From Chloroflexota bacterium (lineage in GTDB: Bacteria > Chloroflexota > Limnocylindria > P2-11E), in assembly GCA_027310565.1 (NCBI GenBank), contig DAIDAP010000011.1, positions 28,616 through 92,615 on the forward strand: 64,000 bases of DNA, given 5' to 3'. The stretch's first letter is position 1; the number at the start of each line of letters is the position of its first letter. The translations under genes were made by a program, and so were the position numbers. The notes beneath the pieces are model-generated. The model was not told the DNA's origin. It was given only the letters and a program-made list of their open reading frames with translations, and searched no databases. Below are positions 43,667-53,695 of this stretch, one piece after another.

Positions 43667-45153
43667 CCGCCGCCGACCTGGGCAAGCGCGATGCCGGTGT
43701 AGTAGTAGGTCAGGATCCGCTCCGCGGTCGCCCCGGCGAGCGCCATGCCCTGCGCACCCCACTGCGACATGCCCACGCCGTGGCCGAACCCGCGTCCGAC
43801 GAACGCGAACCGCGCCGGGAGCACGTACAGCCACTCGACGAAGCGGATGCCGAGCGGCCGGCCCCAGTCGTCGACGACGTGCTCGTACCGGCCGCGCACG
43901 CGCACGGCGCCGAGCGCCGCCATCTCGGCGAGGCGCGCCTGGTCGCCGGCGGACACCCACTCCGGCTCGCCACCCGAGCGCACGACGACCGTGAAGAGCG
44001 TGCTGCGGAGGCCGAAGTAGTAGCGCGCGCGGTCCTTCCCGATGTCGCGCGTGCCGCTCGTGCCCGCGATGCGCGCGCGCACGACACGGCCGGCCGCCGT
44101 CACCTCGAGCAGCTCGATGCGCAGCGGCAGGCCGACGTCCATGCCGCGCGAGCGCAGCTCCTCGCCGAGCCGCGCCGCCGTCAGCTCGCGCGTCCACTCG
44201 TACGAGCTCGCGGCCCAGCTCGTCCTGGTGGCGATCGCGTCCGTCGGCGAGGGGACGCTCCGCAGGTACGGCTGCGCGACGCCGAAGACGTTCTCCGAGT
44301 CCTCGGTGACGCCGCCGGCGTTCGCCGAGTAGAGCGCCTCGATCGGCGCGCCGCGGTAGGTCGCGATCACGCCCGCGGTGCGCGCGACCGCCTCGCGCGT
44401 CGGCCGCGCCTCGGCGGCGACGCCGTCGTACTGCTGGTCACGCGTGTCGCCCTCGAGGTCGTAGCTCGCGTGGCGCCCCAGCCTCGTGTACAGGTACGTG
44501 CGCGCGGCGATCGCCTGGGCCGCGAGGGCCTCGGGCTCCCACGACGAGGGCACCTCCGAGCCGACGACGCTCGCGAGGTAGTCGCCCGTCGCGACGGCGT
44601 TGACGACGATCGGCCGGCCGTCGTCGCCGAGCGCGATCTCGAGCGTGCCGCGGAAGATCCGACCGTCGACGCTGAGCAGGCCGTCGGTCGCCGCGAACGT
44701 GAGACGCTCGGGGCGCTGCGCGGTGAAGACCGCGTCGGCCGCGACGCTCGTCCGCGCCGCGAGCGTGGCGACCTCGAACGGGACCGTGACGATCGACGCC
44801 CACGTCCGTGCCAGGCCCTCGGCGACGCGCGCGTCGCGGACCTGGAGGAGCCGCTCGGCGCGCTCCGCCGCCGACACGCGGGGCGGCGCCTCGGCGAGCG
44901 CCAGCTCCGCGCCCTCGACGCGGCGCACGTTCGTGCGTACGACCAGGCGCTGCGTCCCGCTGTAGACGACGCCGCCGTCCGGCGCCCGCACCACGATGGC
45001 GCCGCTCGCCCCGATCGTCGTGCGCCCGAGGCCCTGCGCCGTCACGTTCACGCGCACGACCGCGGGGAGCGCCGGCAGGGACGCCGCGGCCGCGGGCGCG
45101 GGCGGAGCGAGGAGCGCGGCGAGGACGGCGAGCGCGACGGCGCGACGCCTCAC
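43663..45153 (-). CDS. SpoIID/LytB domain peptidoglycan lytic transglycosylase
   Basis: Signal peptide; YLASVVGSEV...EALAAQAIAARTY; GRGFGHGVGMSQWGA. Confidence 0.92.
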   Translation of the reverse strand: MRRRAVALAVLAALLAPPAPAAAASLPALPAVVRVNVTAQGLGRTTIGASGAIVVRAPDGGVVYSGTQRLVVRTNVRRVEGAELALAEAPPRVSAAERAERLLQVRDARVAEGLARTWASIVTVPFEVATLAARTSVAADAVFTAQRPERLTFAATDGLLSVDGRIFRGTLEIALGDDGRPIVVNAVATGDYLASVVGSEVPSSWEPEALAAQAIAARTYLYTRLGRHASYDLEGDTRDQQYDGVAAEARPTREAVARTAGVIATYRGAPIEALYSANAGGVTEDSENVFGVAQPYLRSVPSPTDAIATRTSWAASSYEWTRELTAARLGEELRSRGMDVGLPLRIELLEVTAAGRVVRARIAGTSGTRDIGKDRARYYFGLRSTLFTVVVRSGGEPEWVSAGDQARLAEMAALGAVRVRGRYEHVVDDWGRPLGIRFVEWLYVLPARFAFVGRGFGHGVGMSQWGAQGMALAGATAERILTYYYTGIALAQVGGG

Positions 45154-45716
45154 ATCGCGCTCCGGTATACCTCCGGCCGGAGCACGCCGATGAACGGGAG
45201 ATTGCGGTACCGCTCGGCGAAGTCGAGGCCGTATCCCACGACGAACCGGTCGGGGATCTCGAACCCGCGGTAGTCGATCTCGATCGGGACGACGCGCCTG
45301 GCCGGCTTGTCGAGGAGCGTGCAGAGACGCACCGACGAGGGACGCTGCGAGCGGAGGTGCTCGAGGACGAAGGCGAGCGTGTTCCCCGTGTCGACGATGT
45401 CCTCGACGACGAGCACGTCGCGCCCCTCCACGCTGTTCGCGATGTCCTTGACGATACGGACGACGCCGCTCGACTCGGTCGTCGCGCCGTACGAGGAGAC
45501 CTCCATGAAGTCGACCGAGAGCGGGACCTCGATGCGGCGCATGAGGTCGGCGAGGAAGGGGAGCGACCCCTTGAGGATCGACACGAGCGCGAGGTCCCGG
45601 CCGCGGTAGTCGGCGCTGATCCGGGCCCCGAGCTCACCGACCTTCGCCTGGATCGCCGCGGCGTCGATGAGCACCTCGGCGATGTCGTCGGCGGGAAGGG
45701 CAGGCGTCGCTCTCAC
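45150..45716 (-). CDS. hpt: Hypoxanthine phosphoribosyltransferase
   Basis: ILKGS, VSSYG, VEDIVDTGNTL, FVVGYGLD..ERYRNLP. Confidence 0.96.
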   Translation of the reverse strand: MRATPALPADDIAEVLIDAAAIQAKVGELGARISADYRGRDLALVSILKGSLPFLADLMRRIEVPLSVDFMEVSSYGATTESSGVVRIVKDIANSVEGRDVLVVEDIVDTGNTLAFVLEHLRSQRPSSVRLCTLLDKPARRVVPIEIDYRGFEIPDRFVVGYGLDFAERYRNLPFIGVLRPEVYRSAM

Positions 45717-45743
45717 GCGGCGATTGTCTCAGAGCGGCGCGGG

Positions 45744-46364
45744 TCAGCGGCGGAGCAGCCGCCATGCCGCGCCGGCCACGCCGAGCGCCACGGCCGCCCC
45801 GGCCGCGAGCGCGAGCGGCGGCACGCCCGCGTCGGTCGCGACGCCGACCGCGGGCGCGCCCGTCGGCGCGGCGGTCGCGAGCGCGGGGGACGTCGGCGTC
45901 CCGCTCGGCGCGGCCGGCGCCGGCGCGACGGTGCTCGCCGGCGACGCGGGGCTCGGCGGTGCCGTCGCGGGTGCCGCGGTGGGCGCGACGGTCGGCGGTG
46001 CCGTTCGCACCGGTGGCGCGGTCGGCGCCGGCGTCGGCGGGACCGTCGGCGCGGGCGTCGCCGCGGCGATCACGACGACGGTGCCGCTCATGCTCGGGCC
46101 GTGGACGCCGCACACGTAGTCGAAGGTCCCGGCGGTCGAGAAGGTGACCAGCGCGCTCTGGCCCTGCCGGAGGACCGGCGTCGTGAACGCGCTCCCCGCG
46201 GCGCTGTGCGGCGCGCCGTCGAGGTTCGTCCACCGCACCGCGTCCCCGACGCGCACCGTGACCGTCGCGGGCTGGAACGCGAAACCGGAGATCGTCACGT
46301 CGGCCGTCGCGGCCCTCGGCGCCGTGGGCGTCGCGAGCGCGAGCAGCGCGAGCGCGGCGAACAC
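45744..46364 (-). CDS. Secreted, membrane-anchored cupredoxin (plastocyanin/amicyanin-like)
   Basis: FAFQP, WTN.D..PH, YVCGVHGPSM type-1 Cu ligands; Pro/Thr/Ala linker; C-terminal TM plus RR. Start approximate. Confidence 0.85.
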   Translation of the reverse strand: MFAALALLALATPTAPRAATADVTISGFAFQPATVTVRVGDAVRWTNLDGAPHSAAGSAFTTPVLRQGQSALVTFSTAGTFDYVCGVHGPSMSGTVVVIAAATPAPTVPPTPAPTAPPVRTAPPTVAPTAAPATAPPSPASPASTVAPAPAAPSGTPTSPALATAAPTGAPAVGVATDAGVPPLALAAGAAVALGVAGAAWRLLRR

Positions 46365-46583
46365 GAGCCGTACGGTGCGCGACGCTAGTGCCGCGCGCCG
46401 GGAATACCTTGACGATGCGCGGCCCAGACGGCCGAGGCCACGGAGCCGAGGAGGACGCGCCGGAGCGTATCCGCAGATACGTGAGGAGCGCCCGGACGAA
46501 GGCGACACCGGCATCGGCCGTCTGGGCCGATGCAGCGGCAAGGGATTCCCGGTGCGCGGCACTAGCCGCATAGCATCCCGCTC

Positions 46584-47312
46584 ATGCCCGTCTCGTCCGA
46601 GCCCTTCGACGCGCTCGTGCCTGCGGCCGCGCGGCTCGGTCTCGCGCTGCGCGCCGAGCAGATCGCCGTCTGCGAGCGGTACGCCGAGGCGCTCATCCAA
46701 CGGAATACGTCGGTGAACCTCACCGCGATCACCGCTCCCGCCGACATCGCCACGAAGCACTTCCTCGACGCGTGGACGGCCTTCGGCGTGCGCCGCTGGA
46801 GCGGCCACGAGCGGGTCGTCGACGTCGGCAGCGGCGCGGGCTTCCCGGGTCTCGCGCTGCGCATCGCCGCGCCCGGCCTGCGCGTGACGCTGGTGGAGTC
46901 GGTGGGGAAGAAGGCGCGCTTCCTCGAGGAGGTGTCGGCGCTGCTCGGCCTCGGCGACGTCGAGGTGCGCAACGAGCGCGCGGAGACGCTCGGCCGCGAG
47001 CGGCGCGATCGCTACGACGTGGGGACGGCCCGCGCCGTCGGCCCGCTCGGGCACGTCCTCGAGTACCTGCTCCCGCTCCTGCGTGTCGGCGGCGAGGCGA
47101 TCGTGTGGAAGGGGCGGCTCGAGGGCGAGCTCCCCGGTGGCCGTGCCGCGTGCGCCGCGCTCGGCGGCGAGCTCGTGCGCGTCGTGTCCACCGCGGAGCT
47201 CGGCGTCGGCGACGTGCTGCCCGGCCGCAACCTCGTCGTGGTCCGCAAGACCAGGCCCACGCCCGCGCGGTATCCCCGCTCGGCGGCGGACGCGCGGCGC
47301 CGGCCGTGGTGA
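46584..47312 (+). CDS. rsmG: 16S rRNA m7G527 methyltransferase
   Basis: NLTAI, KHFLD, DVGSGAGFPG, ARAV, TPARYPR. Confidence 0.95.
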   Translation: MPVSSEPFDALVPAAARLGLALRAEQIAVCERYAEALIQRNTSVNLTAITAPADIATKHFLDAWTAFGVRRWSGHERVVDVGSGAGFPGLALRIAAPGLRVTLVESVGKKARFLEEVSALLGLGDVEVRNERAETLGRERRDRYDVGTARAVGPLGHVLEYLLPLLRVGGEAIVWKGRLEGELPGGRAACAALGGELVRVVSTAELGVGDVLPGRNLVVVRKTRPTPARYPRSAADARRRPW

Positions 47313-48016
47313 TCGTGCCTTCGGTCGACGTGCGTGGCGGCCGCGTCGGCCACCCTGTCGGCGCCGGGGGCGACCTCGACCCGCGCGCTCTCGCCGCCCG
47401 CTACGTCGCCGGCGGCGCGGCCGAGCTCCACCTCGTCGACCTCGACGCGGCCGAGACGGGCGTGCCCGTCAACGCCGCGCTCCTCGCCGGCATCGCGCGC
47501 TCCTGCGGCGCGCCGTGCCGGCTCGCCGGCGGCGTCGCGTCGCTCGAGCGCGCGCGCGACGCGATCGCGCGGGGCTTTCGCGGCGTCCTCTTCTCGAGCG
47601 CCGTGTTCGGGGACGAGACGCTGCTCGGGCGCTGCGCGCGCGTGGGCGGCGCGATCGTCGAGATCGAGGTGCGCGACGGCCGGCTCGCGCCCCGCGGCGG
47701 CGACCCGGCGCTGGTCGAGCGCGCGAGCGCGCTCACCGCGACCGACGCGGCGAGCCTCGCGAGCCTGCGCGGCGTGCGCGACCTGTACGTCATCGACCTC
47801 TCGGCGGACGGGCGCCTCGGCGGGCCGCCGCTCGCGCTGCTCGAGCGCCTGCGGAGCGCCGCGGGCGCGGGCGTCGCGTTCCATACCGGGGGCGGCGTCC
47901 GCGACCTCGCGGACATCCGCGCGCTCGCGGGGTGGGGCGCTGCGTCCGCCGTCGTCGGCCGCGCGCTCCTCGAGGGACGCTTCACGATCGCCGAGGCCGA
48001 CGCGGCGTGCGCGTAG
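47309..48016 (+). CDS. HisA/HisF-related TIM-barrel protein
   Basis: IVPSVDV.GG, LHLVDLDAA, two GGV phosphate loops, VGRAL..G. Confidence 0.8.
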   Translation: MIVPSVDVRGGRVGHPVGAGGDLDPRALAARYVAGGAAELHLVDLDAAETGVPVNAALLAGIARSCGAPCRLAGGVASLERARDAIARGFRGVLFSSAVFGDETLLGRCARVGGAIVEIEVRDGRLAPRGGDPALVERASALTATDAASLASLRGVRDLYVIDLSADGRLGGPPLALLERLRSAAGAGVAFHTGGGVRDLADIRALAGWGAASAVVGRALLEGRFTIAEADAACA

Positions 48017-48726
48017 GGCTCCTCTCGGACGCGCACGGCAACCTCCTCGCGCTCGAGGCCGCGCTCGCCCGTCTCGGACCGGTCGACGCGCTGTGGGTCA
48101 CCGGCGACACGGTCGGCTACGGCCCCGACCCGTCCGACGTGCTCGCGCTGCTGCGCGAGCGCGGCGCGCTGCTCGTGCAGGGCAACCACGACCTCGCGGT
48201 CGCGACCGGCGAGGGCCTCGCCTGGTTCAACGAGCACGCCGCGGCGGCGGCGGAGCTGCACCACGACTGGCTGTCGCCCCTCGAGCGCGACGCGCTCGCC
48301 GCGCTGCCGCGCGTCGTCGCGTCAGAGGGCTTCACGCTCTGCCACGGCAGCCTGCGCGACCCGCTGTGGGAGTACGTCACCAGCGGCGGCGCCGCGCGCG
48401 CGTCGCTCGAGCTGGCCGGCACGCCCCACGGCTGCGTCGGGCACACGCACATCCCTGCCGTCTTCGTCGTGGAGGGCGGCGCGACGCGCACCGAGCGGCC
48501 GCGCGACGGCGACGTCGTGACGCTCGGCGGACGCTGTCTGGCCAACCCGGGGAGCGTCGGCCAGCCGCGCGACGGCGACCCGCGCGCCTCGTGCGCCGCG
48601 CTCGACACCACGGCGGGGACGATCACCTTCTATCGTGCGGCGTATCGAGTGGACGAGACGCAGCGACGCATCCGCGCGCGCGGCCTGCCGGACTTCCTGG
48701 CCGACCGTCTGGCGTACGGCGTGTAG
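48007..48726 (+). CDS. Metallophosphoesterase
   Basis: SDAHGN, GDTVGYG, GNHD, HGS, GHTH, NPGSVGQPRD. Confidence 0.93.
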   Translation: MRVGLLSDAHGNLLALEAALARLGPVDALWVTGDTVGYGPDPSDVLALLRERGALLVQGNHDLAVATGEGLAWFNEHAAAAAELHHDWLSPLERDALAALPRVVASEGFTLCHGSLRDPLWEYVTSGGAARASLELAGTPHGCVGHTHIPAVFVVEGGATRTERPRDGDVVTLGGRCLANPGSVGQPRDGDPRASCAALDTTAGTITFYRAAYRVDETQRRIRARGLPDFLADRLAYGV

Positions 48727-49165
48727 TGCGCTGCTCACGATCGCGCTCGTCTCCTGCGGCGGAGGCGGCGTGAGCTTCGGCGGGCCGCGGGCCATCGCCT
48801 TCGAGGAGTCGCTCGCGACGCAGATGTCCTCGTACGAGGGCGGCCCCGCCATCGCCGTCGGCGCCCCGCCCATCGCCGCCGTGCCGAACGCGCCCGCGCC
48901 CGGCGGCCGCATCCTCGTGGCGGCGTTCCAGGGCTCCCAGCGCACCGGCGGCTACGCGATCCGCATCACCAAGATCACGCGCTCCGACGGCGAGATCGAC
49001 GTGACGGCGACGTTCACCAGGCCCTCGGCCGGCGACATCGTGACCCAGGTGCTCACCTCGCCGGCGCACGTCGTGTCGATCGCCGCCCCGGACGCCGCGG
49101 GCGCGCGCACCGCCGTGCTCTTCGACCAGAGCGGAGCCGAGCGCGCGCGCGTCGCGATCCCCTAA
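48635..49165 (+). CDS. PrcB C-terminal domain lipoprotein
   Basis: LVSC lipobox; G...TGGYAIRI, TQVLTSP. Start poorly defined. Confidence 0.72.
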   Translation: MRRIEWTRRSDASARAACRTSWPTVWRTACSALLTIALVSCGGGGVSFGGPRAIAFEESLATQMSSYEGGPAIAVGAPPIAAVPNAPAPGGRILVAAFQGSQRTGGYAIRITKITRSDGEIDVTATFTRPSAGDIVTQVLTSPAHVVSIAAPDAAGARTAVLFDQSGAERARVAIP

Positions 49166-49196
49166 ACGGAACCTCAACGCGGGCGGTACCTACACT
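49162..49196 (+). promoter_or_regulatory. Direct repeats plus -10 box upstream of first KimA-like gene
   Basis: CTAAACG (49162) and CTCAACG (49173), 11-nt period; TACACT at 49191. Confidence 0.5.
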
Positions 49197-49203
49197 CGAT
49201 CGG

Positions 49204-51216
49204 ATAGAGCGGCGAGAGGAGCACCAGGGCCGACGACCCGGCGATCGGGTCGTGCGCATCGTCAGGCCCGCGGACTTCCGCCGCACTCCGGGCGGCTTCG
49301 TCGCGACCGAGCGCGCCCTCGAGCCGGCCGGTGGCCTCGGGCGCGCCTGGGCGAGCGTGCGCCGCCTGCTCATCGGGCGCCGGCTCGCCACCGAGGAGGA
49401 GCAGCAGGAGCGCGTCTCCGTCCCCGTCGGGCTCGCCGTCTTCGCGTCCGACAACATCTCCTCGTCCGCGTACGCGACCGAGGAGGCGATGCGCATCCTC
49501 GCGCTCGCGGGCGCCGGGTTCGTCGCGGCGCTCACGATGCCGCTCACGGTCGCGATCGTCGCGATCCTCGCCATCGTCGTCCTGAGCTACCACCAGGTCA
49601 TCCGCGCGTACCCGCAGGGCGGCGGGAGCTACGTCGTCGCGAGCGAGAACCTGGGCGTACCCTACGGGCTCGTCGCCGCGAGCGCGCTCCTCGTGGACTA
49701 CTTCCTCACGGTCGCGGTCTCCGTCGCGGCGGGCGTCGCCGCGCTCACCAGCGCGGTGCCGGACCTCCTCCCGCAGCGCGTGCTCATCTCGGTCGCGGTC
49801 GTCCTCGTGCTCACGACCGCGAACCTGCGCGGCATCCGTGAGTCCGGCCGCGTCTTCGCGGTCCCGACGTACGTCTACCTCGTGTCGATGCTCGGCCTGC
49901 TCCTCTACGGCCTCTGGCGCGCCGGGGCAGGCGACCTGCCCGCGCCGCCGACGCCGCCGCAGCCGTTCCCGCCGGGGAGCGGCGAGCTCTCGATCCTCCT
50001 GCTCCTGCGCGCGTTCGCCTCCGGGTCCGTCGCGCTCACCGGGACCGAGGCGGTCGCGAACGGCGTCCAGGCGTTCAAGGCGCCCGAGCCGCGGAACGCG
50101 CGGATCGTCATCACGCTCATGGGGGCGTTCTTCGCGTCGATCTTCCTCGGGATCAGCTACCTCTCGACGCGTATCGGGATCCAGCCCGACCTCAGCGAGG
50201 CCGAGACGGTGAACTCCCTGCTCACGCGCTCGCTCGTCGGGACGGGCTGGTACTACCTCCTCGTCCAGGCGTCGACGGCGGTCCTCCTCGTCCTCGCCGC
50301 GAACACCGCGTTCAACGGCTTTCCGCGGCTCGCCTCGATCATGGCGGTCGACCGGTTCATGCCGCGCCAGTTCGCGCAGCGCGGCGACCGCCTCGCCTTC
50401 AGCACGGGCATCATCGCGCTCGCGCTCGTGTCGTCGCTCCTCATCGTCGCGTACGGCGCGAGCGTCACCGGCCTCATCCCGCTGTACACGGTCGGGGTGT
50501 TCATCGCGTTCACGCTCTCCCAGGCGGGGATGGTCCGGAGGTGGCTCCGCGAGCGCGGGCGAGGCTGGCTCGCGAGCGCCGCGATCAACGGGCTCGGCGC
50601 GACGGCGACCGGCGTGGTGGCCGTCGTCGTCGCGGCGAGCAAGTTCGAGGCGGGCGCGTGGATGGTCGTCGCGATCCTCCCGCTGCTCGTCGCGCTCCTC
50701 TGGAGCATCCACCGCCACTACCGCTCGATCGAGGACCGGCTGCTCATCGCTTCGACCGCCCCGGTGCGTGTCGCCGACGTCCGGCCGCTCATCGTCGTGC
50801 CGATCAGCCGCATCGACCGCGCGTCGCTCCGCGCGCTCGCCGTCGCGAAGGGGCTCAGCGGCGACGTGCACGCCATGCACATCTCCTACGACGCCGAGGG
50901 TGCGCGCGCCTTCCAGCGCCGCTGGGCGCAGGTCGTCGGCGACGCCCTGCGGCTCGACACCGTCATCTCGCCGTACCGCGCCCTCCGGAGCCCGCTCGTC
51001 CGCTACATCGACGCGCTCGACCCGAGACGCCCGGAAAGGCCCATCATCGTGGTGTTGGCCGAGTTCGTACCGAGGCATTGGTGGGAGTTCCTGCTGCACA
51101 ACCAGACCGCGCTGCTCCTGAAGCTGCGGCTGTTCACGCGGCGGAACACGTCGGTGCTCGACGTCCCGTACCGCCTCGGCGACACGGACGCACTCGATGA
51201 GCGACGACCGGGGTAG
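49204..51216 (+). CDS. APC-family KimA-like K+ transporter 1
   Basis: SDNISSSAY, YPQGGGSY, DYFLTVAVS, TGTEAVANG, SPYR, WW..LHNQTA. First canonical start GTG 49252; homology to the paralog extends upstream to ATA 49204. Confidence 0.88.
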   Translation: MERREEHQGRRPGDRVVRIVRPADFRRTPGGFVATERALEPAGGLGRAWASVRRLLIGRRLATEEEQQERVSVPVGLAVFASDNISSSAYATEEAMRILALAGAGFVAALTMPLTVAIVAILAIVVLSYHQVIRAYPQGGGSYVVASENLGVPYGLVAASALLVDYFLTVAVSVAAGVAALTSAVPDLLPQRVLISVAVVLVLTTANLRGIRESGRVFAVPTYVYLVSMLGLLLYGLWRAGAGDLPAPPTPPQPFPPGSGELSILLLLRAFASGSVALTGTEAVANGVQAFKAPEPRNARIVITLMGAFFASIFLGISYLSTRIGIQPDLSEAETVNSLLTRSLVGTGWYYLLVQASTAVLLVLAANTAFNGFPRLASIMAVDRFMPRQFAQRGDRLAFSTGIIALALVSSLLIVAYGASVTGLIPLYTVGVFIAFTLSQAGMVRRWLRERGRGWLASAAINGLGATATGVVAVVVAASKFEAGAWMVVAILPLLVALLWSIHRHYRSIEDRLLIASTAPVRVADVRPLIVVPISRIDRASLRALAVAKGLSGDVHAMHISYDAEGARAFQRRWAQVVGDALRLDTVISPYRALRSPLVRYIDALDPRRPERPIIVVLAEFVPRHWWEFLLHNQTALLLKLRLFTRRNTSVLDVPYRLGDTDALDERRPG

Positions 51217-53254
51217 CGAGGGACCGCCGCCCGGCCTCGAGGAGCGTGTCACCCGGCCGGGCAGGCTGCCGGGCGACCGCCGCGTCCGCATCGTCGGGCC
51301 GACGGGCGGCGGATTCCGCAGGCGAGGGGGGCACTTCGTCGCGACGGCGGACGTGCTCACCGCGCGCGGCCGCATCGGCCAGGCGTACGAGGTCGCCCGC
51401 CGCGTCCTGATCGGCAGGCGCCTCGCGTCCGAGCAGGAGATCGCCGAGCGCCTGTCGGTGAAGACCGGCCTCGCGATCATGGCCTCGGACAACATCTCGT
51501 CGTCGGCATACGCCACCGAGGAGGCGATGCGCATCCTCGCGCTCGCGGGCACGGCCGCGCTCGCGCTCACCATGCCCGTCGCCATCGCGGTGGTCGTCGT
51601 GCTCGCCGTCGTGGTCCTGTCGGAGTCGCGAGTGATCGCGGCGTACCCCAACGGCGGCGGGTCCTACATGGTCGCGAAAGACAACCACGGCGTGCTCGCC
51701 GCGCTCGTCGCGGCCGCGGCGCTGCTCATCGACTACGTCCTCACCGTCGCAGTCTCGACCGCGGCCGGCGTCGCCGCCATCTCGTCGTTCATCCCGGCGG
51801 TCGCCGACGACCGCGTGCTGTGGGCGCTCGGCCTCGTGGCGCTCCTGGCGCTCGGAAACCTGCGCGGCATCCGCGAGGCCGGCGTGCTCTTCGCGGCGCC
51901 GACCTACGTGTACGTCGCGTCGCTGTTCGCGCTCATCGCGGTCGCCATCTTCCGCGTCGCGACCGGGGACATCCCCGCGGCCACCCCGCCGCGCGACCCC
52001 TTCGAGACGGGCGGCATCGAGGCGCTCGGCGTGCTCCTCGTCCTGCGCGCCTTCGCTTCCGGCGCAGTCGGCCTCACCGGGAGCGAGGCGGTCGCGAACG
52101 GCGTCCCGAACTTCAAGCCGAAGGAGACGAGGAACGCGATCACGACGCTCGTCCTGATGGGGACGATGTTCGGCACGCTCTTCCTCGGCCTCACCTTCCT
52201 CGCCACGACCATCGGCATCCAGCCGGACCGCGGCGAGGTCGAGACGGTGAACAGCATGCTCACGCGCTCGGTCGTCGGCGACGGCACCCTCTTCTACTAC
52301 GTCGTGCAGATCGCGACCGCGGTCATCCTGCTGCTCGCCGCGAACACCGGCTTCACCGGCTTCCCGCGGCTCGCCTCGGTGCTCGCCGACGACCGCTTCA
52401 TGCCGCGGCAGTTCGCCTTCCGCGGCGATCGGCTCGCGTTCTCGTTCGGCATCATCGCCCTGGCCCTGACCGCGAGCGTCGTGCTCGTGGCGTTCGGGGC
52501 GTCGGTCACCAGCCTCGTCCCGCTGTACACGATCGGCGTGTTCGTCGCCTTCACCCTCTCGCAGAGCGGCCTGGTGCGCCGCTGGTGGCGCCTGCGCAAC
52601 CGGGGCTGGCGCATCTCCATGGCCATCAACGCGTTCGGCGCGCTCGTCACGTTCGTCGTCCTGCTCGTCGTCGCCTACACCAAGCTCGTCTACGGGGCGT
52701 GGATGGTGCTGCTCGTCATGCCCCTCATCGTCGCGGTCCTGTGGAGCATCAACCGCCACTACACCGCGGTCGCCGACGCGCTGACGCTCACGGACGTCGC
52801 CGAGCCGCTGCCCGTGCTGAAGCCGCCGGTGGTGCTCGTGCCCGTCGCGCGCCTCGACCGCGCGGCGCTCCAGGCGGTCGCGTTCGCGCGGTCCATCTCT
52901 CCGAGCGTCCGCGCGGTGCACATCGCGTCCTCCGCCGAGAGCGCCGAGGCGTTCCGGCTGCGCTGGCAGGGGTGGACGCGCGACGTCCCGCTCGACGTCA
53001 TCGAGTCCCCGTACCGCCTGCTGCTGCAGCCGCTGCTGCGGTACATCGAGAAGGTCGACGCGCGGGACGAACGGCCCATCACCATCGTCCTCGCGGAGTT
53101 CGTGCCGCGCAACTGGTGGGAGTGGGTGCTGCACAGCCAGACCGCGCTGCGGTTGAAGCTCGCGCTGCTTTTCCGGCCGAACACGATCGTGATCGACGTC
53201 CCGTACCACTTCGCGGACACCGGACACGCGGGCCGGCCCGACGACAGGGGCTAG
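51197..53254 (+). CDS. APC-family KimA-like K+ transporter 2
   Basis: Same motifs as paralog 1 (SDNISSSAYATEEAMRILALAG identical). Confidence 0.88.
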   Translation: MSDDRGSEGPPPGLEERVTRPGRLPGDRRVRIVGPTGGGFRRRGGHFVATADVLTARGRIGQAYEVARRVLIGRRLASEQEIAERLSVKTGLAIMASDNISSSAYATEEAMRILALAGTAALALTMPVAIAVVVVLAVVVLSESRVIAAYPNGGGSYMVAKDNHGVLAALVAAAALLIDYVLTVAVSTAAGVAAISSFIPAVADDRVLWALGLVALLALGNLRGIREAGVLFAAPTYVYVASLFALIAVAIFRVATGDIPAATPPRDPFETGGIEALGVLLVLRAFASGAVGLTGSEAVANGVPNFKPKETRNAITTLVLMGTMFGTLFLGLTFLATTIGIQPDRGEVETVNSMLTRSVVGDGTLFYYVVQIATAVILLLAANTGFTGFPRLASVLADDRFMPRQFAFRGDRLAFSFGIIALALTASVVLVAFGASVTSLVPLYTIGVFVAFTLSQSGLVRRWWRLRNRGWRISMAINAFGALVTFVVLLVVAYTKLVYGAWMVLLVMPLIVAVLWSINRHYTAVADALTLTDVAEPLPVLKPPVVLVPVARLDRAALQAVAFARSISPSVRAVHIASSAESAEAFRLRWQGWTRDVPLDVIESPYRLLLQPLLRYIEKVDARDERPITIVLAEFVPRNWWEWVLHSQTALRLKLALLFRPNTIVIDVPYHFADTGHAGRPDDRG

Positions 53255-53266
53255 ACTGCGGCCCCG

Positions 53267-53695
53267 ATGCAGCTCAAGCGGATCCTCGTGCCGCTCGCCG
53301 GCACGAGCGTGGACCCCGACGTCATCCGTGTCGCGGCGACGCTCGCGAAGGCCTCGAAGGCCGAGGTCGTCGCGGTCCACGTGATCGAGGTGCGCTGGAA
53401 CCTGCCGCTCGACGCGATCCTCGAGCCCGAGACGGAGCGGGGCGAGGCGCTGCTCGACGAGGCGACGAAGATCGCGGAGCAGCTCGGCGTCACGATCGAG
53501 ACCGAGCTGCTCCAGGCGCGCGAGGCGGCGGCCGCCATCATCGACACGGCACGCGAGCGCGGCACCGACCTCATCGTGCTGGGCATGCCGTACCGCAGGC
53601 GGCTCGGCAGGGTCTACGTCGCGCGCACCGTCCAGGACGTGTACGTCGGTGCGCCCTGTGCCGTGCTCGCGTATCGTCAGGAAGAGTCGAAGTGA
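53267..53695 (+). CDS. Universal stress protein
   Basis: KRILVP, DLIVLG, APCAV. Confidence 0.9.
   Translation: MQLKRILVPLAGTSVDPDVIRVAATLAKASKAEVVAVHVIEVRWNLPLDAILEPETERGEALLDEATKIAEQLGVTIETELLQAREAAAAIIDTARERGTDLIVLGMPYRRRLGRVYVARTVQDVYVGAPCAVLAYRQEESK

Noticed and set aside
45780-46070. Repetitive GC-rich tract resembling a tandem array
   Set aside because: Encodes the Pro/Thr/Ala linker of the cupredoxin; no fixed repeat-spacer period.
48724-48760. Possible frameshift at the start of the PrcB-like lipoprotein (TAGTG out of frame)
   Set aside because: The repaired signal peptide would be too short; cannot be resolved without orthologs or reads.
49440-51560. Near-identical DNA stretches about 2 kb apart
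   Set aside because: Conserved TM1 coding region of the two KimA paralogs, not mobile-element ends.
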